This document shows, in pieces, positions 25,011 through 38,700 of a stretch of DNA of 64,000 nt. The stretch is from Ophelia neglecta. Taxonomy: Eukaryota. The stretch covers positions 38,378,001 through 38,442,000 of the forward strand of contig OZ260661.1 of assembly GCA_965285935.1 (NCBI GenBank), in the 5' to 3' direction. Every line of letters begins with the position of its first letter. The first letter of the stretch is position 1. The notes beneath the pieces were generated by a model, which saw only the letters and a list, made by a program, of their open reading frames with translations, did not search any database and was not told the origin of the DNA. A program made the position numbers and the translations under genes.

Positions 25011-26840
25011 GGATAACTCAAGATTGTATTAACCTTGGAATATTGTTTAAGATGTCTAAACTATATAGAAGAACAACCAGCTTCAAATGGGAGATGGCAA
25101 GTAATATAAAAGATTCAAGTCCTTAAAAACAAACAAGGTACATGTAGGTCACTAGAGTCCATTTCTAACAGGAAGCTGCCCCACCCCCAGTATCCACACA
25201 TTTAAATAATTATATCATCTATCTTATTTTTCAGTCATCAATTCACAATAATCTAGGAACATATATGTAATAGTGAGTAGTAAAATATGTCCAAATGATA
25301 ATCATCATAACCAATCTTTGGTTCCTAACTTACAACCTCTATCAGAACTAAAGTAGTTTATCTTCTTGTTTGGTAGCTCAAGGACACATGATTATGCAGG
25401 ATAACTACTTTTTATGCAATTGGTTTCACCTGCCAACAGTCACTATCTATTCTGCCTTCCACACAGATGATAAAGACTGTATAGCAAGAAGTTGAACATT
25501 CAGATTTCTTCAGCATTGCCAATGCCTGATGCTGCTGTGTCATACTGATAGGGAGCACGATATTAATAAAACTTATTTAAATGGATATAAAAACAAAACT
25601 CATGTCAACATTTCACACTAAGAAAAAGTTGAATCATACTTTATGAATTCAGATTTCAAATTCCTCATAAAATGTTGAAATGACATAATTATTGTGACCA
25701 CGTCACCCATATACAATACAATAATTAATTTAAATTATATATATGGCATTGGTTTCAAACTATCCACATTCTGCCTCCCCCCTCCCCCCCCCTCCCCCAC
25801 TCCACTGATGTGACATATGTTTCCACCAGGTTTAAATATTTTACTAAAGGCAATATCAGTACTGGGTAAATCAGGTTTATCATGATGAATTTTAACATTA
25901 TAGGCCTACATGTACATCATGTGTCTTTAATGAGAACCAATATTCTTACAATACATTAATGTACAAGCAAGACTAAGGCGACTGTATTTATACCGCTGAA
26001 GCTGTTTGCTGATAACATGATGGCAATCTTGAATTAAGTTTTGATAACCAAGATTAATCTAAACCTTTATATGAGATGAAATCTCTACATAGTTCATACA
26101 TTTTCAAGCCCAAATGTTAATTATCTCCTCCATACATAGTAGTGTGGATTACTCAATAGCCCATACAACTCTTGGTTGTAGATGGGGTCCTTAAACAGTG
26201 TTCCCTCTCTAGTATCTGGCTTATTGGTGTTTCTAAGGTTTCTAAATGTGTACATGTACATGAAGGTAGCAACTATGAAATCCTTAGGTGACTATTTAAT
26301 GGTAACCTTTAATTTTGACCTTGTAATCATAGTTAAGGGTCATGGGGTACTTACAGTAGTGGGTAGGTCATATACATGTATGAATGTGTCATTAGGAAGG
26401 GTCATTTTTCTAGGCAAATGACCCTATCCAAGGGGTTTTTTTACCATATTTTCCAAACAAAAGTTGTCTCAGAGAGAAGCACTGTGTGTTCTCTTTTGTA
26501 CATCAATAGTGTTGTTTTAGTCAAGGCAGTCAGTCATCAAAAGGGGTTGTTCTTCAAAAAACTATCCTACCAAGTTTTGCTTTTTCGTCATAATCCCCTA
26601 ACCAAGGGTACCTTTTGTTGTCAGATCTCCTTAACCAGGAGTATGTTTTTTCCCTAGCCAAAAGTATGGTTTCAGAACCTGCAGCTGCACACCTGTATGC
26701 TCATATTTTGGACACCACCCCCCACCCCCCCTCCCAGGGATTGACTAATATGGAAAGTGATGTGAAGAAGGAATGTCAGAAATAACCCAATCAAAGCCAA
26801 AACTAACATTTTTTGTCAACTATAAAGTGGTTGAACTTAC

Positions 26841-27642
26841 TTGGGCACCAGGCTCCAGGAATTCCAGTTGCGTGGACAGACACCTTGTCTATGCCATGCT
26901 GGTCATTGTACTGACTGGAGAGCTGGACTCCCACGTCTGTCTTGAATGTCCCGTTTTTGTACGAGGCCATCAGACCTTTCTGAAGGCATCTCTCACTTCC
27001 CTGGGTTACCGTTACCAGCGTTTTCTGTAGAGATGTAATCTTGTTCTCTAACACAGGTATCTTATCATTATAAAGCTGTTGTACTTGCTTCGCTAACGTG
27101 TCTGTATCATTCTTTATTGAAATAAGGACCATGGTGGTGCTATCGGTGACTGTCCGCATGCTATCTAACCGTGCCTGGAAGTTGTCTATTTTATTTTTGA
27201 GTGCTAGCACATCAGCAGATCCAGTCGTGGGAGGTGAGGACGATGTGTTTGAGTTTTGTACTAGAACCGTTGTGACGGTCTGCTGCACAGCTATCATGCT
27301 GGCCTGCAGACTGGAGAGCAGCTGAGCTTGTTCCAAGCTGTACCTCTGGAGCTGGCTAACGTTTTGTACCAGATTCTTAAATTCCTCTGAAGATGGACTA
27401 GAAGATGGAAACCCTGAATTTGAGGGACAAGAATCGCCGTCTGGTGGTAGTGCATTCTTGTCCAGAGGAAGTAGGAGTGTATAGGCACACTTTCCATCGA
27501 CCACATACTCACAGTCACATGTCCTCATGTAGGTCCGCTGTGCACTTCCTGTCAGCACCAGGCTGAGCAGTATACTCAATGTAGCCCAAAACAATTTCAG
27601 ACATTTTTTCCTATTCCAAGTGTCAGCTGCCATCTTGTACAT
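26841..27642 (-). CDS. Discoidin gene, variable first coding exon B, paralog of exon A; 379-382 aa when spliced to the constant exons
   Basis: ATG at 27642 or 27633 (the ORF-track start is TTG). Signal peptide, RTCDCEYVVDGKCAYTLLLP, coiled coil, CLQKGL...LSS...GAWCP. Donor CCA A|gtaagt has the same position and phase as in exon A. Confidence 0.85.
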
Positions 27643-30164
27643 CGGACACAAAAATTATAGCACCGTTTTTTGTATGACTAATACAATGTCAGTGAAACAT
27701 CAACTGCAATGTATGACCTCACCGTACCTGTACAGTTCATCTACCTGCAAATCCTCCATCTACATATTAATATTTAAAGGCAATTAACTCAAGCCAATAA
27801 TCAGTCTTTTCAGATTTCTTAATCTAGCACCACAAACTCCGCTGGTTCTTGTGTCCTATTTCATTGAAAATCACAGTGGTTGAGGTATTTTGCTCTAGCT
27901 AAAGGCATTGAATCATAGGGAGTCAGTCTTGATCATTCAACAATTTTGCTGCAAGCTGAACAGCCCATAAATCTATAATGAAAGTTCCATAACTTATTGA
28001 TTAATCATTGCTATAGTACAATAATCTAGGTGCGATCACAGTGGATTAAAACCGCTCATCAACAATCCATGGCCACGATATTTCCGCTCAGAAATGCATT
28101 GGCATGCTGCATGTGGCCGCAGAATTTGACAGCTGCTCCACGTATCAATATTTTATTTTCAGTCTGGTATTACTTTATTTCTTGCTCAGGTCACTGGTGC
28201 TGCAGCCTTTTATGTCTTGATCTCTGAAAGTCAATATAAATAACATAAAGTTTAGTTTACAGAAAGTGATAATTGATTAGTATTTAATAATTAACATGAA
28301 AATGTCATTTGTGTTTTAATATTTATGACTTGAAATAAAGAAATTTGGCTACGACATGTACAATGTACATGTAATCATCCCAGTGGGTTTGATGTACAAT
28401 CGGGGGTGTATTGATCTTAGTCAACCTAATTTATTCTTTTGAATACAAATAATAAATCATTCACATGTCATGAAACCTCTAGGTTATCTGATGTATGTGT
28501 TTATTGTCTTGTTAGGGATAGAGACATGTGGTTTTATATGCCTCTTCACTAACAATACAGATCAATAGAAGCCTCAATCTGAGCATTGCAGACATATTGT
28601 TAAGCCTCCCTCGGAGGTATGGATACATGCTGCCTCTCTCCTAGGGATGGAGATACATGTACATTGTTTAGTATATGATCATGTTCACCAGCGTCTTAAC
28701 AATCAACATTGTAATCAAATTTGATCAGAGAAGTTTCCATGGGCATCATTATTAAATCATTATAGCTCGGGGTGTAGCGATTCAACAATTGGTAGTTTTT
28801 AATCAAATTGCATGGTTTGCAGATATATGTATCAATATTTAAGCTTACATATTGTGATACATAGCCAAATGCACTTTAGTGCCCTGTAATTTCATAAACT
28901 TTTTTTTAAAATTTTGGGCCAGGAAAGCCTGTAAATTTCAGCCAGTGAATATGACCAAAGTTTTGCTATTCAAACATTTTTTTCTGCATGTGACGCAATT
29001 CTGATGTCCCTTAATTTCACAATCCTTCTAATTAAGGACCAAACTGCTGCCACATACATGAGGGCATTAGGTGGACATAATTTGCTGTAAAATTGCTGTC
29101 CATTCCAGGCACTGCCCTGACATGCTGCCTGACACATTGCTATACAGTATGTAGTGTCATATACATGATACTGTACAATATGAAAATATATGATATACAG
29201 AAGAGCAATAGAGAACAGACTCAGACAGAGTATATTCTCATTACATTTACAATGTACGTATGTAGCTTCTTTAAACAAATATGGCACAATTCCTTTGCAA
29301 TGATATAAAAATCAGAAGAGTTGATGGAAGTAAATTACTTAGCCCATTGACACCACACACACTGTGCACAGTATCCTTATGCTTAACTGTATTGAGATTT
29401 TTAATTAAACAGGGGGAAACTACTCATGCAAAGAAAGAATGTAACTCTTGTTAAAATAAACAATGTCAAGGTTTTGGTTCCAGTGAAAAAAACCTGCCCA
29501 TTCCATGTATGTGCATGCTGTGCCGGCCATAATATTATTGTGGTAGCAGCGGCTTGCCGCAGGACACTTTGGCTCAACCCCAGCTTTCTCCAGCCAGACA
29601 TAGGTAAACCCCGGTAACCTTGTATTTAAACATTATACATGTAGTTGGCTGTGGCTCCCTGTTAAAGCAGGGCTGTCATACTGCAGACGCTGCAGCATAA
29701 CATGGTATTTCTCATGGCTGTGATGTGCAAGGTCCAATGTTATACATTTAAAAAATTGTACATGTAAACATAAATGTAAGCTCTTTTTAAAGCCTTTTGC
29801 AAGTAAGGGGGGGGGGGGGTATTTCTATATTTTAGGGTGGGAATAACAAAATTACAAAAAGTTTTCAACAAAAGCTACCCAATTAAACAAATTTTTCAAG
29901 AAAATTACCCTTTTGATAAAAATTATTGTCAGAAAAGCCACCTGTTTGTGATGCCAATGTACTTTTTCATGTAAAGTGCAGCCTCATATTTACTGGCAGA
30001 TAGTTTTTCCAGTCTCGTAGTATGGTCTATATTATACATGTACTCAAGGGGAAAAGAAGACCCTTTTGTTTGGCCTAAAATCTAATGGCCTTTTGATAGC
30101 ATCATTATGAGAAAGATACTCCATTTGATAGGTGAAAAGCTGTAAAAAACATTTTTCAGGTAAC

Positions 30165-30214
30165 CCATGTACACCCACTGGTATTGACCAGCCAATCCCA
30201 GTGGGTGTACATGG
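30165..30214. other. Near-perfect 50-nt hairpin
   Basis: ccatgtacacccactgg / ccagtgggtgtacatgg form 17-bp perfect arms, followed by one mismatch, an attg/caat inner stem and a 6-nt loop. Confidence 0.8.
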
Positions 30215-33200
30215 TGTTCAAACCTGCTATGAATGGAAATAATCAAGCTGTTATCAGTTGATTTACCTATAAGTATGTATCCTTTGTTTTAACTGTTAGA
30301 ATTTATATAATCTCTCAGACTCCATGACATGTCCTGAACTTTTGTCTGTCAGTGTATTATTGTCAGACATGTTTTCTTGTGGGTAGTGGATGTCAAGTGA
30401 ATTTTAAATATGAGTCCAAGGACTGATTGGACATCCCATATTGTCTCCACTCCTCCGGTTTGTATCCACTATTCACTGAGTCTCCTAGCAGTCCAGGATC
30501 ATTGAGTGCATGATTGTTGATTATATGATTATGGTTAAGGCCCTATACAATTACCAATCAGACATTGACAACCAGCGCACCTGCAGGTTTAGGTAATCCC
30601 AGATCCAAACTACAGGGAGCCAGTTGATCAGTTGATCATCCTCAATAATCAATTGATGATGTGTAGACCTCCTCCACTCTGACTGTATAGCCTCCCAGTT
30701 GGTCACGCCTTAAAGCCCAACTCAGTCAAAGTTCACCTTGTTGTTGTGAGTTGAGCGGGTTTAAAGCTGTTCACAATGACCGAGGTGAGCCAGATCGGCT
30801 TTGTGATCTCGCCTGATGGTGCATCCCCGCAGGTATTGATCTCACAGGATCATCCTGCCAAGCCCAAAACAGATGTGGCCATTTTAAACTCGTTAATTTG
30901 AATATACATTTCACTTCAAACGCATGGTGTCCTGAGGGATACTTCACACTTTGGGTTCATATTCACATTATTTGAGCATATTTTATGATTATTAATATGG
31001 TTTTTAAAAATCATTTAGTGCTGAACAGATTAATCAACCTACAAAATTTCTAATTGACATAATTATGTCATTCTTGTTCAACATGTATACCAGTTGGGCT
31101 TGTCAGTACATTTGAATAAAAATCCATACTGAATATGATATACATTTTATATCAATACACAGATATGTTTCATAATTATACTAAAAACATGACGTATTTA
31201 AGACACAAAAGAAATTCAATTTCATAACCAATCATATACTATTAGCAGTCCCCTGTTAAGGAGCCTAAAATTGAAAATTATTATACTGATGAGCATATTA
31301 AACCAAATAGCTACAAGATTTTTAAGGTCTTTATTACAACTGCAGGAGCAAAACATTTAACTACATGAGAGAGAAGTCAATAATGGACACAATTCTACAC
31401 CTGATGATACATGCCTTCCTACAAATAAACTATACTCATTTCAAATACAAGACGTATAATGCTTGTAAAAAATTACAAAATGCTGTTTTTTGATTGTGTT
31501 TAAAGCTTATAATCACTACTCCTTTACCTACCTGGGGTGTGGCCCTACAGCTGGGAGTGACCTCTTTCTGTTTGTCCAACCAGATGTTAAATGATTTTTT
31601 CCTAGGATCCAACTTTTATTAATGACTTCCACAGTCTCCCCCACACACCTGGCCACAGAAAAATGTGATAGGTTAGTTATCAAATATTAAGTGTCATCAG
31701 TGTCGTTTTACATGACTTGTCTCCACGCCTGACTGACCACCACTCAACACTGTGTTAATTAGAAATTACACCAGAACATTCCATTCAGCCATATCAGAAA
31801 TTCCACGTGAGGCCAGCCCAGCTTCCTGTGTTTTGTGTGCTTTTACTGGGATTGCCGTGAGAAATACAGCGAGCTTTGTATTAGTACACACCAGCCTTAA
31901 CTAGCTTCTAATTACCATCTCCATGCCACCTGGATGATTGATTTCACATTTCCAAGTTGTTTTTCTCAAGATGAGTCAATGCCATTTTTGTGCTGTCGTC
32001 AGTGTATCAAACTGCCCGAGAGCGTCTGCCTCTCTGTTATGGAAAACACATTATAATTACCGAGAACAAGGATTCTCTAGTGCTCCTGTTCAGTCAAGCA
32101 GAACCATGCCTCTAACTCTGGCATAGATTTAGGAATAAATAACAAGCAGCTTGCTTGGTACTGTGTAGCACGTGTTTCTGGAGGCATTCTGTCCTTAAAT
32201 TTATGCCATATCGGATAGTTAAAGTCCTCAAAACTGATAAATTATGTGTTGGAAATCACAATTTGACAAATTATAAATGTATAGGGCCTTTGGCAATGAA
32301 TGTTTGAATTCTTGCATGTCTGGATCGATGTATTTCGGCAATGTGTCCTGTCTTCATCTTTAACATGAGTCAAAGAACTGGCAACTTAACCTATTAACTG
32401 ATCCAAGTTCTTAAGGTTTGAATATCACAAATCAGTTAATTAGCCAGTCTGTACTGACTATATATAATATACATGGTTTTATAAGCCACTGAACCAGGCC
32501 AATAGGTCAATTTGGTCATGGTTAAACCTCTCAGTTGTTTTTATGGGTTCAACTTGAATGCCCAAATTAAATTGGTGCCCTCTTTTTGACCCCCAGCAGA
32601 GGCCTGGCTTAGCAGGGACAATTATACTTGGGTAAATTCATGTGGTCAGTACATATCAAAATCAACAAACAATTAAATAAGACTTTCATGAATTATTCTT
32701 CCATGTAGATGTGTATATCCTCTTGTCAAAGTTCTTGTTAAACTTGTATCCATGTTCATGTGGATGTTGACTGTGGTAGTTATTGATGTATATGGTACAT
32801 TCCTATATACCTGTATACCTGTCTTGTTTCTTGTAAATGGAGATAGTCACTGTAAGGCATTTATATGATAGGCCCCTTATTGAACACCCACAGCTGACAA
32901 TGCCAAGAACGATGTGTCCTCTGTGTGAATATAATTCCACAGCAGGATAATGAGGTCTTTCTGTCCCCTATTTCATCTTTAACTGCTGACAATGACCATA
33001 TTATTATTGAAAACATGCAAATACTGGGCAATTGTTCTATGATTTTTTCTCCTTTAATCAAATTTCATATAAAACTATTTCCTAAATGCATTAAAAGAAC
33101 TAATTAATAAGACTCCTAATGATGGACAGGACAAACAGTTATCTCTGCCATGCAATGCTTTGTTACAATTCTTTGTTAAAACTTTGTTTATACCTCTCCC

Positions 33201-33297
33201 ATGCTTAAATTTTTTAAGAGGTTTTGGCATAAACAATAGTTGACATGTGCATATATATAGAGAGGGATACAGGTATAAGTTTTACTATTTAACATAG

Positions 33298-33522
33298 CCA
33301 GGCCTGTCCAGAAACACCAGGCCTGTCCAAAAACACCAGCAGGCCTGTCCAAAAACACCAGCAGGCCTGTCCAAAAACACCAGGCCTGTCCAGAAACACC
33401 AGGCCTGTCCAAAAACACCAGCAGGTCTGTCCAAAAACCCCAGCAGGCCTGTCCAAAAAACACCAGGCCTGTCCAAAAACCCCAGCAGGCCTGTCCAAAA
33501 AACACCAGGCCTGTCCAAAAAC
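33298..33522. repeat. 20-24-bp minisatellite, ~10 copies
   Basis: Unit caggcctgtccaaaaacac(cag). Confidence 0.95.
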
Positions 33523-35079
33523 ACAAGTGGGCATTAAACAACTGGTGTATCTGAAAGTACATTGACATGTACAGTCTACCCTGTGTGTGTTTCCTCAGTG
33601 TTTTTGTTTACCTCCCAATAAATTCAGGCACGTGTCATATCAACTATGAATCTTTGTATAATCAATAATTTATCGAAATTCCTAATTATAATATTTTTCT
33701 AAATTATTCCATAAACAACAAAAACAGGTTAAAATTAGCCAGAGTCACATGATAAACTTTCACAACATGGCTTTGTATAAGTAACCATAAATGGTTTGTA
33801 TGTTGTGGCTGCAGGCTATAAATACCATCTTTTCTATAACTTAAGTTGCGATACACCGTCAAGAGGAAGAGTGAAGACTTACCTGGAGTTAATGACGTTT
33901 GCTATTGAGAGATACTACAAGGCAGTCTCATATCGAGGGAAACTGTTTCACTTGGTCAGTTTATCTAAATAGCAGGATGATACATATGTGGGCCCTATTC
34001 TTATAACCTCATAACACATTGTATTAAATGTAGAAGATTTATAGTCATTTCAATAACTTGAGGTTGGTGAAGACCAGTACATGTTACCTATAAAAGAGGC
34101 TTTTGTTTTACTTAGGAAACTATAAAAGAAATGATTCACATTAGTTTTTAACCTTCTGATTTATACGTGTATATAGCCTGTGGTGAAAAATGCTATTTCC
34201 TGCCAAAATTACCTTAGAACTCTCCAGTCTTCATGCTTACAGCTGTGCTGGCCCTCAAACCCTCCAGGTCAGCTACAAAATAGTGATCACATGCCTACCG
34301 GTAGTACATAGACATGTGGTCTTAGGACCATGACAGTCTTGACAATGGACAACAGTATAATGACTTGTGGTCCATTTTGATTTGCCAAACAGCCAAAAGT
34401 CTAATAAATTATAAATGCACCTTTTTGTTGGCAAGGCAAGGGTCAGATCTAACCTAATGGGCCATGTGTGGTCCAACTCAAAGTTATTTTGTCATATACA
34501 TGCGTATGTCAATGTTGCTAAAGAATTTAGCTTATGGTTTTCAATATACTTTGCTACACTGAGTCCAACATGCTACATTCTGCATATCTTACATACAGAG
34601 GAATTTAGGAGAAGTGTGCCGAGTAATTAAAATGCCCCCCACCCCCACCCCACCTCTTTTGTATTTTATATAAATTGTGAATTGTTTTTATATTGTACAA
34701 TACCACAAAATCAGTGTTTACAGATAACAAGTGTCGGTTTATATACTTTTCCTTTATTAGTAGCCCTTTAAAAAAAAATAATAGTGGAGGAGCTGAGATT
34801 GGCGAAGGTGACTCCTGAGATTAAGAAACAGCACTAGACTTGAATACCCCCATCCCTAACTCTAAAATAAACCCCAGCCCTAGCTAGCCCTAGCCCTGCT
34901 GAATAGGTAAACCTCGCCCTAACCCTTCTCTTAAATTAATCCCAGCGCAAACCCTGCTTAATTAAGGTTCATTCTATTCTAAGCTGTGCGTGATCTCATC
35001 CTCCACACTGCCTCTGCACCTCTGTCTCTAAACTATGGCCCATCTTTAGCTTTGCTGGTAATGATAAACTGGTGTCATG

Positions 35080-35380
35080 GAGAAACTCCTGCACCAAACA
35101 TTGTCCACTGTTTTAAGTTTAAACAAAGCCGCTGGCAGTGGTGATGGTATATATCTAAATACTCAGAGCTTGCCTACTGTCTGGCAGAGTCTAGATCAAT
35201 GGCATCCCCTTTTTAGTCGCTGTACTGTAAATGATACATTTCTGTTATGAAAACTCCTGAACAATACATTGTCCATTGTTTGTTGTTTAAATGTTAAACA
35301 AAGGCGTTGCCAGTAATGATGCTATACGTTTATCTAAAACTCAGAACCTGTCTACTGTCTGGAAGTCTCCAAATCTCAGA
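35080..35380. repeat. Diverged tandem duplication (~170-180-bp period)
   Basis: gaaactcctg..acattgtcca.tgtt..ttaaacaaag.cg.tg.cagt..tgatg.tata..tatctaaa.actcaga...ctactgtctgg occurs twice. Confidence 0.7.
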
Positions 35381-35689
35381 CAGCCCTTTTTTGTTGCATA
35401 TATAATTATGTTTTTTCATAACAATAATTTTTTATATATTATATCCATTAAAAAAGTACCTTCTTGGCTCAACTGGTAAAACATAGGTGAGTTGATCAAA
35501 ACCATGTTGGTTACCATTGGATGTAGCTCCATTAATACATGTACATCGTGGCACTGTATGTTCCCCTTGCTATCTGTCCACAATCGGTACTCCCGACTTC
35601 TTCTCAATAAAGTGTATATTATCCCATACAAATTGATCTGTACAAATGGACCGGCCTGGACTATTCATCTGTAACTGTCAGTTAATCAT

Positions 35690-35695
35690 TCTCTG

Positions 35696-35744
<49 letters not shown>
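35690..35744. repeat. (CT)n microsatellite
   Basis: Direct reading. Confidence 0.95.
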
Positions 35745-35745
<1 letters not shown>

Positions 35746-38700
35746 ACATTACCACCAAGAGGTAAAAAAATCTTGTTTCAATTTCTTTCCAAAAGGCCAA
35801 GTTCAATGTGTGGCGGTGGCAGGTTGGTTTTTGAGCTATGGGCCTCTTGTTTATGGCCTATATGTGTACCTGTTTCAAATTGAAAACACCTGTTTCTGTA
35901 AATATAGTCCTACATGTACTTGATATGCTACTATAAAAAAAATGAATTAACAAAATTTAAGCTGCCAATTTCTCTTGTACGGCTCTAAATTGCCAGACCA
36001 AGCTGCATGTTCTTTTTCTTGTTCATTTAGTTGTTTACTGTGTAGTAATTTGTCCATACTGGCTGTTCTGCATTGATATGCCGTGGTTTAGTAGATAACT
36101 CTATGAATAGACCAGGACAAAATGCGTCATTGTAAACAAAGGTTTATGCCTTTTTTATTCAGTTATCACAATATTTAAGTGATTTTGCCATAATTATCAA
36201 AATTAAGTGGCGCTTAATGCCGAGTAACACAAACTCATTGTTGTCCAGTTTGAAAGCATGCATTTTACAAGTGCCTTGTTCATTAGTATAATTAAAGATT
36301 ATGTCATCAGGACTAGCCCTGAATGAAACATTACTGAATGAACAATCAATATTAGTCCATGAAGGTTCAAATTCAACATAAGGTAAATGTTTTATAATCT
36401 TTTCCTTTGTATCACATCAAATACTCATGACTGAGCAGGTGTGTCAATATTTAGTTAGTGACTTTTATTTGGGTTAGTTGATTTAATTGTTAACAAGTTA
36501 CCATATTGGATGGTGCAGATGTACATTAGATCAAAGACTTCAAAAATCATTATGGATATAATATTAACTGGCAGCATTTGAAAGAAGGGTTTATTAGTAA
36601 ATGTGTGAATGTAAAGTGTTTTATGTAATGTGTGTGCTGCATCCAGCTTGGATCAAATTATGTATAGTGAACATTGAACATACATGTACATGATATTGGA
36701 GGGCATCCATGTGGGGGGGGGGGGGGGGGAGAAAGGGTAAGCTCAACTATATTGGTATATGGGAACATGCCACTTACATGGGGTGGGGGGGGGGAGGGGT
36801 TCAGAGCTTGGATTTACATGCATGGGGTCCTTTTTCTGCAACCCTTGAGTGCATTGGTTCTTTTTTGGCAAAACCTTACATGGGTGGGTCTCTTTCAGCC
36901 AACCCGTAAGTGGGTGGGTTTACCAGAACCAAGATTGACATGTGTGGGTACATATTTGTTTAAGTATGATTTACACAGAGGGGTATCTTATTCAGAACGT
37001 AATGGGCACCTCTCACCTAAACAATATGGACTTACCCCCCAAGGCAAAGGTAGTGTGTCATAATTTCCACATACATGTATCTACTGACTTTGAATGCAAA
37101 TGATATAAGTAATATATGTATATTCCAATTGCACTTCAGAGATCTCTGCAAAGATAAATTTCAACGAACATTGGGCCTATAAAGAGGATAATTGTTTCTC
37201 ATCAAGAGGTTCTGCCAAAAATACAGCTGGTTGTTTAAAAATACTTTTTATGTTGTCAAATTAGTCTAATAAGTGCTTGTCTTTACAAATAATGAAACCA
37301 TATGTTTATGATTAAATAATATAATTAATACTAGATCTAAATATCATATTATTCTGCAGACACTGTATTTTACTTCTTTTTACTATGTGGTGAAACATTA
37401 TTAAGAATAATATTTTGGCAATTGATTACTGTGTCATGTAGCAACACAGAAGCCAAATTATTTTCTCCTGCATGTGGGAAACCTTGCTTTTTGGCAAAGT
37501 GTGAAATGCTCTCCACAACCATTATATGAAATGTGTGGTACCTTGCATTTCTCTGTTTATGTGATTTAGGCCTGTCTTGTATGCATGTAGGCCCTATGTA
37601 CCTATCAGGTGTTGAAGTATCAAATATGTTAACTTGTTCAAGGATGGACGCATTCCAGGTTAGCTTTATTTTGCGTCACCCTTCGCCTTATAATGCACTT
37701 TTAAGTAGTATGATGGTATGACAGGCAAGTAGTTTAAAATTGATGCACACACTAATGAAAAACAAATACCCTTCTTTTAGGCCTGTTCAGTTTGGGGAGG
37801 TGGGTAACGGTTTCTTTTCTCTTCACTCCTGATTGTCAGTGTATACCCCGCACATGACATTTGAACTCTTCTACGCTTGCACATTCTCCAGAATTCTTCT
37901 TTTGGCTAAAAGTACAATTATCAATTTAGCCTCACAGAAAGGGCCAAAATGAACTTAATCAAGTGGATGTGAAGTTGGTGATGTCATGCTTGGTAATTAA
38001 CATATATTAGTAAAGGAGTGATTTTTTTTAATAAAAAATGTATCTTATAAAGCACCTGTTTGTAAAAAAAATAATTATTAGAACTTTAATTATACTCTAT
38101 TTCAAGGAACAGGGATTTTACATTGCACCATTTTTTTGCATAAGTATATATTGTTGTTGTGAGAATTAATCAATACACTTTACAGTGTGTGATTTCATTG
38201 TACTGAAATTTAGTGCATGTACAGTCATGTACTTGTTATATATTGTTGAAGCAGTCATTTAATTTTGCCATTAAACATTATGGTACCAGTACAGTTACTC
38301 GAGTGACAACTACCTTCATAATTAATGAAACTGAGCAGTAAGATATGGAATTACATCAGATTACTCTGTTGTTACTTCAGTTCTCCTGAAAGCCAGACTA
38401 ATATTCGCTTAATTACATGTGCACTTGTAGCATTGAAAATTTGTATTTTTTATCATTAAAACTCAACACTGCTGTCAAAAAACTCTCTAGAGATTATTTT
38501 CCTGGTGTGATAATCACATTAGATTGAATGGAAAGAATAACAAAGACAATCACAAAATAGCATGATTTGATATTAAGAGATATTTATTGGCTCTCATTAT
38601 TTATCTGTACAAAAATAATTTTGCAATATACATATTGTAACAAATTTTCATATACAATGAACGTCAGTTATGATTCATCATGGACATTCCTGTTAATATC

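Noticed and set aside
33188-33568. Three overlapping Cys/Trp-rich ORFs
   Set aside because: All frames are open only because of the 20-24-bp minisatellite.
34850-34960. Interstitial telomeric repeat
   Set aside because: Only scattered CCCTAA/CCCTAG words, with no tandem array.
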